Shown here piece by piece: positions 8,798-19,608 of a stretch of DNA of 64,000 nt. The DNA is from Thermodesulfobacteriota bacterium (lineage in GTDB: Bacteria > Desulfobacterota > Desulfobacteria > Desulfobacterales > SURF-7). Position 1 is the first letter of the stretch. Every line of letters starts with the position of its first letter. The notes below the pieces were generated by a model. That model ran no database searches. It saw nothing but the letters and a program-made list of their open reading frames with translations, and was not told the DNA's origin. The stretch covers positions 64,001 to 128,000 of the forward strand of contig JBMORA010000064.1 in NCBI GenBank assembly GCA_049320885.1, written 5' to 3'. A program made the translations under genes and the position numbers.

Positions 8798-9942
8798 GGA
8801 GTGTCCGATTCTTCGCAAGTATCGCCCAGGCGATGGATGATATACTGCGCCACCTGATGGGAGCCGTTGCGTCTTGTCGTGGGGAAACGCGGCAAACATA
8901 ACAGGTGGTCCAGCCTGGACAACCAGTCTCCGCAATGAAATTCTGCCGCTGTGACCGGAAATCCGGGCATGGTTGCGGCTATGAAATCAGCCAGTTTTTC
9001 CGATTCCCGGAAATTCGGGCGGGTAACATATCCAAAGGGAATCCCGGCATGGTATATCTCGGCAATGGTGCTGTATCCGGCTTTTCCGATAACCGCATCC
9101 ACTGCATGCACCAGGTCGGGATGAAAAAAACCGGAATGGTGCGGCAGCCGGATGACATTGGCGGTGCGTGCCGCCGGATGATCATCTCCGGGCAGGATGA
9201 AGACGATATCCGAACGCCGTGTCAGTCCAGCCAGGCAATTGATACCGCCTTTCACTCCTCCCATGGTGATCAAGACGGCCGGTTGCTTTTCCGGTATGTC
9301 CAGTCGTCGCCTGATTTCCTGCCGGGGGGTCTTTACCTTGCGGCTGATGGGGGCGGCATGGAGGGTTTCGGGGTGCCGCTCGCAAAGCGGATCGGTTTGA
9401 ACGTGGAAATCCGCCTGGCGGAATATCTGCCGTAAGTACTGAATATAAAGGCCGAACTCTTGGAACTGCTGCGCGTAAGGAAAATAGATCCAGTCCCAGG
9501 TGAAGTTTTCGATCAGCATCGACGGGATGCCTGTTTGTCGGGAGATATGGATTGCCAGCGGGGAAATATCGGCAATGATCATGCGGCAGCCTATTCGGGC
9601 GATCAGCTGGCAAAGGTGCTCCCATTGCGAATCCCTGAAGGGAAAAAATCCTTCCAGGCGGCGGATGGTTTCCGGCAGGTTTTCCTCCAGCGGATTTGTC
9701 TGCACCAGGCCGATATCGGTCAGACAATGATGATAGGTATAAGCGGACCCCAGCGATTCACTGAAAAACCATTCGGGAACGGTGGTGAAAATATGCGGGT
9801 GCACATTCCGGCAGGCATCCCCAAGGGCCTCCATAACCGCCGCGGCCCTGGACGCATGCCCGAATCCGTGGGGCGAAATAAAAACGGCGATGGGGATTCG
9901 ATCCGCGGTGGCGGGGCTGTCCTGCATACCATTTCGTATCAA
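8794..9942 (-). CDS. GT-B fold glycosyltransferase-like protein (resembles the arabinokinase N-terminal / GT28-like domain)
   Basis: ISPHGFGHASRA, ENFTWDWIY, LITMGG, DAVIGKAGYSTIAE, RPNFRES. Confidence 0.75.
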   Translation of the reverse strand: MIRNGMQDSPATADRIPIAVFISPHGFGHASRAAAVMEALGDACRNVHPHIFTTVPEWFFSESLGSAYTYHHCLTDIGLVQTNPLEENLPETIRRLEGFFPFRDSQWEHLCQLIARIGCRMIIADISPLAIHISRQTGIPSMLIENFTWDWIYFPYAQQFQEFGLYIQYLRQIFRQADFHVQTDPLCERHPETLHAAPISRKVKTPRQEIRRRLDIPEKQPAVLITMGGVKGGINCLAGLTRRSDIVFILPGDDHPAARTANVIRLPHHSGFFHPDLVHAVDAVIGKAGYSTIAEIYHAGIPFGYVTRPNFRESEKLADFIAATMPGFPVTAAEFHCGDWLSRLDHLLCLPRFPTTRRNGSHQVAQYIIHRLGDTCEESDTP

Positions 9943-10159
9943 TTGTCAGAATGGAACGGGAATGCCGAAAAATACCGAATACCAATACTGAATTCATCGT
10001 ACCATGTTTCGGTTTCAATTGAAAAGAAATTCCGCCGGTTTCCTTTTCCATCCCACAGATCTTGGGCCGGAGGCTTGCCCGTTTGCGTCTTGGCATGCTA
10101 TATTCCCACAATCGTTCCAAACGCCATAATGCCCTACTTGCCGGAGATGGAGGCGATCT

Positions 10160-10594
10160 ATGGGATTTTCTGAAAAAAAGAAAGCCGGACGGGATGCGAC
10201 GGCCGTAGAAAAACTGGACCCGGTCACCCAGGCCCGGCTGCTGGAAAAAATGCCGACCGACGGTCTTCCCTGCGCGCTGGCGTTTTCCCTTGCAGCGGAG
10301 CTGAATATCAAACCGTCGCAAATCGGCAGTCAGGCGGATCGCCACGACATCCGTCTGACTCACTGTCAGCTCGGGCTGTTCGGCTACCAGCCCCGGAATA
10401 AAATCGTCCAGCCGAAACAGCCGGATATGCCAGGCCTGGAAAAAGCCATTCTGGACGTCCAGACGGATGGAAGAGTTACCTGCGCCGATATCTGGCGGAT
10501 CGCTGATGGGTTCAACTGCCCCAAAATGAGGGTCAGTGCGGCCTGCGAAGCCCTGAAAATCAAAATAAAATCCTGTCAGCTCGGGGCTTTCTGA
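10160..10594 (+). CDS. Hypothetical protein with two tandem C...CQLGxF domains
   Basis: Internal duplication DGLPCALAF...CQLGLF / DGRVTCADIW...CQLGAF. Abuts mltF. Confidence 0.75.
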   Translation: MGFSEKKKAGRDATAVEKLDPVTQARLLEKMPTDGLPCALAFSLAAELNIKPSQIGSQADRHDIRLTHCQLGLFGYQPRNKIVQPKQPDMPGLEKAILDVQTDGRVTCADIWRIADGFNCPKMRVSAACEALKIKIKSCQLGAF

Positions 10595-10596
10595 GC

Positions 10597-12045
10597 TTGT
10601 ATCTATCCCAAAAAATAGATGCGGCTTTAAACCGGCCGCTGGTGTTGACCGGTTTCTTGTTCGGCGTGATCATCTATGCCACCCTGTTCTTCCTCTCCGG
10701 GGAAGAAGGGGGAGCCTATCATGATTTGGAACAGATCCGGTCCAGGGGTGAAATCACTTTCATCACCCGTTACAATCCCCATTGTTATTACCGGTATCGC
10801 GATCAACCCATGGGGTTTGAGTATGATCTCGCCAAAGCGTTCGCCGATGATCTGGGGGTTCGATTACAACTGAAAATTGCCGATGATTGGAATCAAATGG
10901 CCTATCTTTTGGCCAAGGATCAAGGCCATATCATTGCGGCCAATATGACGGTGACGCCCAAACGGATGGCCCGGGCGGCCTTTTCCGACAGTTACCAGGC
11001 CATCCGTCAGCATCTCATTGTGCATCGGGATAACCGTGCCGTTCATCATGTGGCGGACCTCGCGGGTATTGAGGTGCATGTGAGACAGAATTCGGCATAT
11101 CAGGAACAACTGGAGTTGCTGAAGTCCCGGGGAGCCGAGCTGGAGATCCGTGCCTGGAAAGACAAGTCGACCACCGAACTCATCCGTCAGGTGGAAACCG
11201 GCGAAATCCAAGCAACGGTGGCTTACAGCAATATCGCCAGGCTGAACCAGCGCTATTATCCGCATATCTTTATCGCCGACGCCATCGGCGGCGAGGAGCG
11301 TCTTGCCTGGGCGGTTCACCCCGACGCCCGCCGGCTGAAAGCCCGGATCAACGATTTTTTCAAGAAGATCAATTCCAACGGATTGTTTGCGGAAATCCAC
11401 AGCCGCCATTACTCCGGAGATGAATCCATGGATTTTGTGGATCTGCGCGCATACCACCGGTTTCTGACATCGCGGTTGCCTGAATTCGGTCGCATCATCA
11501 AAACGGAAGCGGAACGTCAGGGCCTTGACTGGCGTCTGATCACGGCCCAGATATATCAGGAATCCCGTTTCAGGCTGTATGCCCAAAGTCCCGCCGGGGC
11601 CCGCGGCCTGATGCAGCTCACCCGGGCGACGGCGGACAGCCACGGCGTCCTGGATCCCTACGAACCAGCCCAGAATATCCGGGCCGGTGTCAAACATTTG
11701 AAGCGAATGTACGATCTATTCGATGAAGCCGCAGGCGCCGATAGAATGTTCATTGCCCTGGGCGCCTATAATGTCGGTCCGGGGCACATCCGTGACGCCC
11801 AGCGTCTGGCCCGCGCAAAAGGATATGACCCGACCCTGTGGTCTTCCATAGCAAAAATGCTGCCGCTGCTGCAGCAGCCGGTATATTACCGGGAGGCCCG
11901 CTATGGATATTGTCAGGGAATGGAGCCGGTGCGGTATGTTCAGCGCATCGTGATTTATTATGATATCCTGAAGCATAAGAGCATCCGGTTTGATGCAGAT
12001 GCCGCCGATCCCGCCTCATCCGTCACCCGCCGGTCGGAAAGCTGA
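10597..12045 (+). CDS. mltF: Membrane-bound lytic murein transglycosylase F
   Basis: SBP_bac_3-like N-domain (GFEYDLAKAFA) plus SLT domain (YQESRF, GARGLMQL, AYNVGPGHIRDA, YGYCQGMEPVRYV). Confidence 0.9.
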   Translation: MYLSQKIDAALNRPLVLTGFLFGVIIYATLFFLSGEEGGAYHDLEQIRSRGEITFITRYNPHCYYRYRDQPMGFEYDLAKAFADDLGVRLQLKIADDWNQMAYLLAKDQGHIIAANMTVTPKRMARAAFSDSYQAIRQHLIVHRDNRAVHHVADLAGIEVHVRQNSAYQEQLELLKSRGAELEIRAWKDKSTTELIRQVETGEIQATVAYSNIARLNQRYYPHIFIADAIGGEERLAWAVHPDARRLKARINDFFKKINSNGLFAEIHSRHYSGDESMDFVDLRAYHRFLTSRLPEFGRIIKTEAERQGLDWRLITAQIYQESRFRLYAQSPAGARGLMQLTRATADSHGVLDPYEPAQNIRAGVKHLKRMYDLFDEAAGADRMFIALGAYNVGPGHIRDAQRLARAKGYDPTLWSSIAKMLPLLQQPVYYREARYGYCQGMEPVRYVQRIVIYYDILKHKSIRFDADAADPASSVTRRSES

Positions 12046-12117
12046 TCACAGGTGGACCCTGTCGTATCATGATAGCCGACCGTAGGTCGCCGGATAGGAA
12101 TCCCGCATGTTGTTGGT

Positions 12118-12741
12118 TCACATCCTGGCGAAGGGGTTGGTGCGCTTTTCATGTCCGATGGTGGTGGTGGGGCCATGACCGCAATGAACAACCACATGGT
12201 CATCCAGGGTAAACAGTTTTTCCCGGATGCTGCGGATCAGGGTGTTGAAATCCCCTCCCGGGAAGTCGGTGCGACCGATGGAGCCGGCAAAAAGAGTGTC
12301 ACCCACGAAGACATGCCCCGGGGTATAAAGGGAAACACCGCCCGGGGTATGCCCGGGGGTATGAAGAACCTGGAGGCTGAGGGTGCCGAAGGTGATGTGG
12401 TCACCATCATTGATCTGCCGGTCGGACGGCGGTGAGTTTTCGGCTGCCAGGCCGAAACTGGCGGCGGCCATGGTTAGCTGGGTCAGCATGAAGGCATCGC
12501 CGGGGTGGATCAGAAGCTCGGCGCCGGTGGCTGCCTTCATCCGCTTGTTGCCGCCCACATGATCGAAATGTCCGTGGGTATTGATGATCTTTTTGACCGT
12601 TAATTTGGATTTGGTCAGGGCCATCAGGATTTTATCCACATCATCCCCGGGATCGATCACCACGGCTTCCAATGTTTTTTCGCACCCGACAACAAAACAA
12701 TTGGCCATGATCGGCCCCACGGCGATTTCCTTTATAATCAA
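12118..12741 (-). CDS. MBL-fold metallo-hydrolase (glyoxalase II-like)
   Basis: THGHFDHVGG, HTPGHTPG, GDTLFAGSIGRTD, GHG. Confidence 0.92.
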   Translation of the reverse strand: MIIKEIAVGPIMANCFVVGCEKTLEAVVIDPGDDVDKILMALTKSKLTVKKIINTHGHFDHVGGNKRMKAATGAELLIHPGDAFMLTQLTMAAASFGLAAENSPPSDRQINDGDHITFGTLSLQVLHTPGHTPGGVSLYTPGHVFVGDTLFAGSIGRTDFPGGDFNTLIRSIREKLFTLDDHVVVHCGHGPTTTIGHEKRTNPFARM

Positions 12742-12882
12742 AACGACCTCCTATGCGGGCATGCCCCGGGTACGGGCGGTTCCCCTTTTTATCTGTTGGC
12801 GAACGCCCGGGAACATTCCGGATGGTATCCGCATGTTCCCGGGCGATCGGTCGGTTTCCATAGAAACGGTTCTCGAATGTGT

Positions 12883-13152
12883 TTATTCCTGCCCCGTCCG
12901 TTTTTTGGCAGCCTGGATGAGATCAATCAGGCTGTTGATTTTCGGTTGCGGTTTGCCGGCAAGCATCCTGTCAACCACCTCCTGGGGATAGCAGTTCCGC
13001 ACATGGGATTGGACATCGAAGTATTCCCACCAGCAATCGAACAGCTTCCAGCACGGCAACCCGTCGCCGCCGTGTTCCCGACAGTAGCGAAAGGCAACCA
13101 GGCTGCCCAGTCTGGGGCAACGCGTTTCCAGATGGTCCGGATGTTCCATCAA
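12883..13152 (-). CDS. Small Cys-rich hypothetical protein
   Basis: RCPRLG...YC...PC..LFDCW. In line with the operon between trpB2 and the MBL gene. Confidence 0.7.
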   Translation of the reverse strand: MMEHPDHLETRCPRLGSLVAFRYCREHGGDGLPCWKLFDCWWEYFDVQSHVRNCYPQEVVDRMLAGKPQPKINSLIDLIQAAKKRTGQE

Positions 13153-13175
13153 ACAGGTTCTTTCGGTAAAAACGC

Positions 13176-14552
13176 CTACCGGCTTTTCAGGAGCGCCGGT
13201 TTCGGAAAATTTTCGTACACTTTTCCCGCTGCCGCGATTTCCCGGTCGTCCAGGGCGAAGTTGGAAAGCTGATCCGCAAAATATTTTTCATAGGCCATCA
13301 GATCCAACAGGCCATGTCCGCTCCAGTTGAACAGGATCACTTTTTCCTTGCCTTCTTCCTTGGCTTTTTTGGCTTCTTCCACGACGCAGGCCAACGCATG
13401 GGTGGTTTCCGGGGCCGGTATGATGCCCTCGGTTCTGGCCAGCAATACCCCCGCGGCATAGGCATCGAGCTGGGTCACGGCTTTGGGTTCGATGAGTCCT
13501 TCGACGACGAGCTGGCTGACCGTCGGCGCCATGCCATGGTAGCGCAGACCGCCGGCGTGGAAAGGCGGCGGAACGAAGGCGTGTCCCAGACTGTGCATGG
13601 GCAACAGCGGGGTGTAGCGGGCCGTATCCCCGTGATCGTAAACGAAAGGCGCCCGTGTCATGGTCGGGCAGGCAGCCGGTTCCACCGGATAGATCTCGAC
13701 GGCCTTGCCATTGATCTTGTCCAGCACGAAGGGGAACGCCAGTCCCGCGAAATTGCTGCCGCCGCCCGCGCATCCGATCACCACATCCGGGTAGTCCCCC
13801 ACTTTGGCCAGTTGTTTTTTGGCTTCCAGACCGATGATGGTCTGATGCAGCATGACGTGATTAAGGACGCTGCCCAGAGAATAGCGGGTTTGACCGCTGG
13901 TGTCGGACACCGCTGCCTCGATGGCCTCGCTGATGGCAATGCCGAGGCTTCCGGGCGTATTGGGGTCTTTTTCGAGGGCATCCCGGCCGGCCTTGGTTTC
14001 CATGCTCGGGCTGGCGACGCATTTCCCGCCCCAGGCCGCCATCATGGATTTGCGGTAGGGTTTCTGGTCAAAGCTTACGCGCACCATGAAAATTTTGCAT
14101 TCCAGCCCGAATTGGGAGCAGGCAAACGAGAGGGCGCTTCCCCATTGGCCGGCGCCGGTTTCCGTGGTCATGCGTTTGATGCCGAATTGTTTGTTGTAAT
14201 ACGCTTGGGGGACTGCGGTATTGGGTTTGTGGCTGCCCGGTGGACTGACACTTTCATTTTTAAAATAGATTCTGGCCGGCGTGTCGAGGGCCTTTTCCAG
14301 GGAGAGCGCCCGCACCAGCGGGGATGGACGCCAGATGCGCAGAATGCCGAGCACTTCTTCCGGGATATCGATCCATCTTTCGGTACTGACCTCCTGTTCG
14401 ATCAGGTTCATGGGAAACACGGGCGCGAGGGCGTCCGGTGTCACCGGCTTTCCATCCGGTCCCAGTGGTGGATTCATTTTGATATCCGCTAGAATATTGT
14501 ACCATTGGCGCGGCATTTCGTCTTCGTTCAACAGAATTTTTCTAGCCTCCAT
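13176..14552 (-). CDS. trpB2: TrpB2-type tryptophan synthase beta-like PLP enzyme
   Basis: GSHKPNTA (PLP Lys), [45 protein letters not shown]. Confidence 0.93.
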   Translation of the reverse strand: MEARKILLNEDEMPRQWYNILADIKMNPPLGPDGKPVTPDALAPVFPMNLIEQEVSTERWIDIPEEVLGILRIWRPSPLVRALSLEKALDTPARIYFKNESVSPPGSHKPNTAVPQAYYNKQFGIKRMTTETGAGQWGSALSFACSQFGLECKIFMVRVSFDQKPYRKSMMAAWGGKCVASPSMETKAGRDALEKDPNTPGSLGIAISEAIEAAVSDTSGQTRYSLGSVLNHVMLHQTIIGLEAKKQLAKVGDYPDVVIGCAGGGSNFAGLAFPFVLDKINGKAVEIYPVEPAACPTMTRAPFVYDHGDTARYTPLLPMHSLGHAFVPPPFHAGGLRYHGMAPTVSQLVVEGLIEPKAVTQLDAYAAGVLLARTEGIIPAPETTHALACVVEEAKKAKEEGKEKVILFNWSGHGLLDLMAYEKYFADQLSNFALDDREIAAAGKVYENFPKPALLKSR

Positions 14553-14555
14553 AAT

Positions 14556-15020
14556 TCACTCCTTGTTGGGTTTAAGAGGGGGTTCAAGAGAATGTGGTTG
14601 CTTTTCCTCGATTTCTTTTTGCACTGCCAGGTTGATGCTGTCAAGGACGCCATTGATAAATGCACCGGATTCGTCGGTGCCGTATCGTTTGCCGATGTCG
14701 ATGGCCTCGTTGATGGCGACTTTGGCCGGGATTTCCTCGCAGTACAGCATTTCAAATACCGCAATGCGCATGACATTGCGATCCACGCAGGCGATCCGGC
14801 TCATTTTCCAGTTGCTGGCGTGTTTCTCGATCAAGGCGTCGATGGTTTGTCGGTGTTGGATGACGCCTTCCACCAGGAGCCTGACGAACGGCAGTTGCCG
14901 ATCCGGCGGATGGAAATTCCGGCAAAAGCGTTCAAAGCGATCGGGAGATATGTCCAGACTCATGTCCATATCGAACAGGGCCTGCATGGCAAATTCCCGG
15001 GAGCGGCGGCGGTTGCCCAT
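14556..15020 (-). CDS. nusB: Transcription antitermination factor NusB
   Basis: RRRSREFAMQALF, VAINEAIDIGKRYG, FINGVLD. Follows ribH. Confidence 0.96.
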   Translation of the reverse strand: MGNRRRSREFAMQALFDMDMSLDISPDRFERFCRNFHPPDRQLPFVRLLVEGVIQHRQTIDALIEKHASNWKMSRIACVDRNVMRIAVFEMLYCEEIPAKVAINEAIDIGKRYGTDESGAFINGVLDSINLAVQKEIEEKQPHSLEPPLKPNKE

Positions 15021-15023
15021 GGA

Positions 15024-15497
15024 TCAGCCTCGATCAACGGTTTCGACCAGGTTGGCCATTTCCACGGCTGAAATGGCCGCGCTCCATCCCTTGTTGCCGG
15101 CCTTGGTGCCGGCGCGTTCGATGGCCTGCTCGATGGTGTCCGTGGTGATCACTCCATAAATTACCGGGACGGCGGTTTCCAGGCTGACCTGGGCGGTTCC
15201 CTTGGTGACCTCGGCGCTGACATATTCGAAATGCGGTGTGGCGCCGCGAATGACCGCCCCCAGACAGATGACGGCGTGATAGCAGCCCTTCTCCGCCATC
15301 TTCTTGGCCAGCAGCGGGATTTCGAAGGCCCCGGGAACCTTGACGATATCGATATCTTCATCGGCGGCGCCGCTGCGCAACAGGGCGTCCACGGCCCCGC
15401 CGGTGAGCCTGTCGGTGATGAAATCATTGAATCGGCTGACGATGATGGCGAATTTTTTCCCTGCCGCGCTGAGCCCGGCTTCGATTATTCTTGGCAT
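15024..15497 (-). CDS. ribH: 6,7-dimethyl-8-ribityllumazine synthase
   Basis: [39 protein letters not shown]. Confidence 0.97.
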   Translation of the reverse strand: MPRIIEAGLSAAGKKFAIIVSRFNDFITDRLTGGAVDALLRSGAADEDIDIVKVPGAFEIPLLAKKMAEKGCYHAVICLGAVIRGATPHFEYVSAEVTKGTAQVSLETAVPVIYGVITTDTIEQAIERAGTKAGNKGWSAAISAVEMANLVETVDRG

Positions 15498-15531
15498 GAA
15501 TGGATTTCCTCCCTTGTTGCGGATGGCGTGA

Positions 15532-16764
15532 TCATTGGTCCTCGTCTTTTTGACAGTCGTTGACTACATTTAACAGATGCCCCATTTTCAACTGCTTGCA
15601 TTGCAGATAACATTCGTTGTGTTCGTTGGGCGGGACCTCGATGGGCACCTGCTCCACGACACTGAGGCCGTATCCTTCCAGGGCCACCATTTTTTTGGGA
15701 TTGTTGGTCAGCAGACGCATTTTCCGGACGCCGATATCGGCCAGGATCTGGGCGCCGACGCCATAGTCCCGCATGTCGGCCTTGAACCCGAGTTTTTCAT
15801 TGGCTTCCACCGTGTCGAAGCCCTGGCGTTGCAATTCATACGCCTTCAATTTGTTCACCAGGCCGATGCCGCGGCCTTCCTGACGGAGATACAGCAGGAC
15901 GCCGCTGCCTTCCCGTTCCATTTTCGCCATGGCCTTGTGGAGCTGTTCGGCGCAGTCACAGCGCAGGGAGCCGAAAATATCGCCGGTCATGCATTCCGAG
16001 TGAACCCTAACCAGGGTCGGTTTCTCGGAATCGATTTCCCCCTTGACCAGGGCGATGTGCAGGAGATCGTCCAGCTCGTTCTCATAGGCGATGATCCGGA
16101 ATTCGCCGGCATAGACGGTGGGAATGACGGTTTCCGCCGCCCGGTGGACAAAGGACTCGGTGCGCATGCGATATTCGACCAGGTCGGCGATGGTGCAGAT
16201 ACCGATGCCGTGCTGCTGGCTGAATTGTTCCAGACTGGGCATGCGGGCCATGGTGCCGTCTTCATCCATGATTTCGCAGATCACGCCGGCCGTGCGCAGA
16301 CCGGCCAGACGCGCCAGATCCACGGAGCCTTCGGTCTGGCCTACCCGCACCATGACGCCTCCGTTGCGCGCCCGGAGGGGAAAGATATGTCCCGGCTGCA
16401 CCAGGTCCCTGGGACGGGCGTCCTTGGCCACGGCGGTTAAAATGGTGGTAGCGCGATCCGCCGCGGATATTCCGGTGGTTACCCCGCAACGGGCCTCGAT
16501 GGAAACCGTGAATCCGGTTTCAAACGGGGAGGTGTTGCGCGCCACCATCATGGGCAGCCGCAGCTGGTCGCAGATATCCCCGCTCAGGGAAAGGCAGATC
16601 AGGCCGCGGCCGTATTTGGCCATGAAATTGATCGCTTCCGGGGTGATCTTTTCGGCCGCCATGGTCAGATCGCCCTCGTTCTCCCGGTTTTCATCATCCA
16701 CGAGTATGACCATCCGGCCGGCGCGGATATCTTCAATTGCCTGTTCAATTGTAATTTTCGGCAT
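15532..16764 (-). CDS. ribBA: Bifunctional DHBP synthase / GTP cyclohydrolase II
   Basis: [52 protein letters not shown]. Confidence 0.97.
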   Translation of the reverse strand: MPKITIEQAIEDIRAGRMVILVDDENRENEGDLTMAAEKITPEAINFMAKYGRGLICLSLSGDICDQLRLPMMVARNTSPFETGFTVSIEARCGVTTGISAADRATTILTAVAKDARPRDLVQPGHIFPLRARNGGVMVRVGQTEGSVDLARLAGLRTAGVICEIMDEDGTMARMPSLEQFSQQHGIGICTIADLVEYRMRTESFVHRAAETVIPTVYAGEFRIIAYENELDDLLHIALVKGEIDSEKPTLVRVHSECMTGDIFGSLRCDCAEQLHKAMAKMEREGSGVLLYLRQEGRGIGLVNKLKAYELQRQGFDTVEANEKLGFKADMRDYGVGAQILADIGVRKMRLLTNNPKKMVALEGYGLSVVEQVPIEVPPNEHNECYLQCKQLKMGHLLNVVNDCQKDEDQ

Positions 16765-16834
16765 AATGCAAGTTTGCTCCCCTACAGTGTTTTGTTACGT
16801 CCGACCCGGGTCAGGCCCGTCGCCGGTGGTTATT

Positions 16835-17497
16835 TCAGGTCCGGCGCAGAAATCCGTTCTCCGCCAGAAAATTCAAGTTGATCCCCTGTCCGGGCCTGCC
16901 GCCACCTTCGGCTTTCAGCAGAAAACGCTCCACGTATTTTCCGATCATGTCGTTCTCGATATTGACTTCCGCGCCCGCCTGTTTCAATCCGATGGTGGTC
17001 AGTTTGGCCGTATGGGGAATGATGCTGACATCAAATCCATCGTCCCTCAGGCGATTGACGGTCAGACTGATGCCGTCAACGGCCACGGAACCTTTTTCGA
17101 TGATGTACCTGCCAAGATTGTCCGGGACAGTGATGGTGATGACCAGCGCATTGCCTTCCGGCCTGAGCGCCTTCAGCCTGCCGATGCCGTCCACATGCCC
17201 GGATACCAGGTGGCCGTCCAGGCGATCCGACAATCGCAGCGCGCGTTCCAGATTGACCCGCGCCCCGACCACGGCTTTACCCAATGTCGTACGGGACAAG
17301 GTTTCCGGCGCCACATCCACCTGAAAGCGTCTTCCCTGGATGCCGACCGCCGTCAGGCAGGCGCCGCTCACGGCGATGCTGTCGCCGATCCGGACCGTTT
17401 CCAGGTCGAAATCCGCCTCAATGGTCAGTTGCCTGCCCTGGCCGGCCGAACGTACGGCGGCAATGGTGCCGAGTCCTTCAATAATTCCGGTAAACAT
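16835..17497 (-). CDS. ribE: Riboflavin synthase (alpha chain)
   Basis: [50 protein letters not shown]. Confidence 0.97.
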   Translation of the reverse strand: MFTGIIEGLGTIAAVRSAGQGRQLTIEADFDLETVRIGDSIAVSGACLTAVGIQGRRFQVDVAPETLSRTTLGKAVVGARVNLERALRLSDRLDGHLVSGHVDGIGRLKALRPEGNALVITITVPDNLGRYIIEKGSVAVDGISLTVNRLRDDGFDVSIIPHTAKLTTIGLKQAGAEVNIENDMIGKYVERFLLKAEGGGRPGQGINLNFLAENGFLRRT

Positions 17498-17500
17498 GTT

Positions 17501-18601
17501 TCAGCCGATATACCCCTCGATCATGAGATCGTCGTCGAAACGACAAACGCGCATATCTTTCAGCGCAATGCTCTGGTTCATTCGGTCCGGCCCCGGTCCG
17601 CGGCACACTGGAAATCCGTCGTCTCCGCCGAGGATCCTGGGCGCAAAAAACAGGTGGACCTTGTCCACGATCCCGCTGCTCAAAGCCGCTGCATGAATGG
17701 TGCTGCCCCCTTCGATCAACAGCCGCGTGATTTGCCTGGCGCCGAGCTCCGGCATCAGGGTTTTCAGGTCGATCCCATTGGCGGACTCCATCCGGAGTAT
17801 CCGGACTCCGCGCTGTTCCAGCCGCTGCCGTTTTTTATCGCAACAACCCGGACCGGTTACAATCACGGTTTCCGTGCCGGATGGATTGGGACGCAGCACT
17901 TCGGCCTCTTCGTCAATGGACAGACGGGTGTCGAGAATGATGCGAACGGGATCCCGGCCGCGTATCCCCTCAAGGCGGGTGGTCAATTGCGGATTGTCCG
18001 CTCTGACCGTGCCGATGCCCACCAGAATCGCGTCTGCTTCATGTCTCATCCGGTGAACGCACCTCCGTGCCGCAGGTCCGGTGATCCATTTGGAATCGCC
18101 GGTGCGGGTTGCCGTCCGGCCATCCAGGGTGGCGGCCGTCTTCATTACCACGAACGGCCGGCCGGTTTGGACGAATTTGATGTAACTTTCGTTCAGTCGT
18201 CTGGCCTCGTCCCCGCAGACGTTGCTTCTGACCTGAATGCCCCGGGACGCCAGATAGCGCGCTCCTCCTCCGGCCACATGGGGATTGGGATCTTCCATGG
18301 CCATGACGACTTCCCGTATGCCGGCGGCGATCACCGCTTCCGTACAGGGCGGCGTGCGTCCGGTGTGATTGCAGGGTTCCAGCGTCACATACAGAACAGC
18401 TCCCCGCGCCTGGCCGCCCGCATCCCGGATGGCCTCGACTTCGGCATGGTCCTGGCCCGCGGCCCGGTGCCAGCCTTTGCCGACCACCCGTCCGTCCTTG
18501 ACCAGCACGGCGCCCACCATGGGGTTGGGGGAGACGCAGCCCCGCCCTTTTTCCGCAAGGGCCAAGGCCATTTTCATGAAATACGGTTCATTCATCATCA
18601 T
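17501..18601 (-). CDS. ribD: Bifunctional pyrimidine deaminase/reductase
   Basis: [42 protein letters not shown]. Confidence 0.97.
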   Translation of the reverse strand: MMMNEPYFMKMALALAEKGRGCVSPNPMVGAVLVKDGRVVGKGWHRAAGQDHAEVEAIRDAGGQARGAVLYVTLEPCNHTGRTPPCTEAVIAAGIREVVMAMEDPNPHVAGGGARYLASRGIQVRSNVCGDEARRLNESYIKFVQTGRPFVVMKTAATLDGRTATRTGDSKWITGPAARRCVHRMRHEADAILVGIGTVRADNPQLTTRLEGIRGRDPVRIILDTRLSIDEEAEVLRPNPSGTETVIVTGPGCCDKKRQRLEQRGVRILRMESANGIDLKTLMPELGARQITRLLIEGGSTIHAAALSSGIVDKVHLFFAPRILGGDDGFPVCRGPGPDRMNQSIALKDMRVCRFDDDLMIEGYIG

Positions 18602-18670
18602 CGCAACACAAATAACAACATGCGTACATCCGGGAAAAGCAATCGTCAGTTGCAGGTCGACGGCAGGCGC

Positions 18671-19126
18671 TTATTGATTGCTGAGCAGGCTTTTCAACTC
18701 CGAAACAAAATCATTTACGTCCTTGAATTCACGATAAACCGATGCAAACCGGACATAGGCCACGTCATCCAGTTCGTGAAGTTTTTCCATGATTTTTTCC
18801 CCCACCACACTGGAATGGATCTCCTTTTCACCGGTCTCGCGCAGGTCCCGTTCCAGATCGTCGATGAACTGCTCGATCACGTTCATGCTGATCTGCCGCT
18901 TCTCGCAAGCCCGTTGCATGCCGGAACGGACCTTCTCGCGGTTGAAAATTTCCCGGCGGCCGTCTTTCTTGATGATCATGATGGGAATTTCCTCGATATG
19001 CTCGTATGTGGTAAACCTTCTGCTGCAATCGATACATTCCCGCCGCCGCCGAATGACATTGCCGTCCTTGCTCAACCTGGAATCGATCACCTTGTTATTC
19101 GTTTCTCCACAAAACGGACATTTCAT
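18671..19126 (-). CDS. nrdR: Transcriptional repressor NrdR
   Basis: [30 protein letters not shown]-cone, [10 protein letters not shown]. Confidence 0.98.
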   Translation of the reverse strand: MKCPFCGETNNKVIDSRLSKDGNVIRRRRECIDCSRRFTTYEHIEEIPIMIIKKDGRREIFNREKVRSGMQRACEKRQISMNVIEQFIDDLERDLRETGEKEIHSSVVGEKIMEKLHELDDVAYVRFASVYREFKDVNDFVSELKSLLSNQ

Positions 19127-19139
19127 GAAACCCCCCTTG

Positions 19140-19601
19140 CTAAGAGTTTTGGCACTGTATCAGTTCAATCCCGGCTTCGGCGATCATTTCCCGGGAGATG
19201 TCGTCGGCGTAACCGTCCTGATAATAGATTCTGCGGATTCCGGCGTTGATAATCATCTTGGCGCAAATGGAGCAGGGCAGATTGGTGCAAAAAAGGGTGC
19301 TTCCGTTAATGGCAACCCCATGATACGCGGCTTGAATAATGGCATTCTGTTCCGCATGAATGCCGCGACACAGCTCGTGCTTTTGTCCCGATGGAACATT
19401 CAGTTTTTCCCGCAGACAGCCGACTTCGCTGCAATGCCGGATATTGCTGGGGGCTCCGTTGTAGCCGGTGGCCAGCAAGCGTTTGTCCTTCACGATCACC
19501 GCTCCCACCGAACGCCGCAAACAGGTCGACCTCCTGGCCACCAGGTTGGCGATGTCCATGAAATAGGCTTCCCAGGAAGGGCGGGAATCGGGTTTCGGCA
19601 T
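19140..19601 (-). CDS. Deoxycytidylate deaminase (ComEB/dCMP deaminase family)
   Basis: [41 protein letters not shown] 19601 has AGGAGG upstream. Confidence 0.93.
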   Translation of the reverse strand: MPKPDSRPSWEAYFMDIANLVARRSTCLRRSVGAVIVKDKRLLATGYNGAPSNIRHCSEVGCLREKLNVPSGQKHELCRGIHAEQNAIIQAAYHGVAINGSTLFCTNLPCSICAKMIINAGIRRIYYQDGYADDISREMIAEAGIELIQCQNS

Positions 19602-19608
19602 TATCCTC

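Noticed and set aside
16765..18670. FMN riboswitch expected for rib genes
   Set aside because: Intergenic gaps are too short and lack the RFN consensus. The genes sit inside the nrdR-rib-nusB housekeeping run.
16118..19249. 1043-aa plus-strand ORF
   Set aside because: Antisense shadow of ribBA/ribE/ribD/nrdR. It has no recognisable motifs, and such shadows are expected from codon bias in GC-rich genes.
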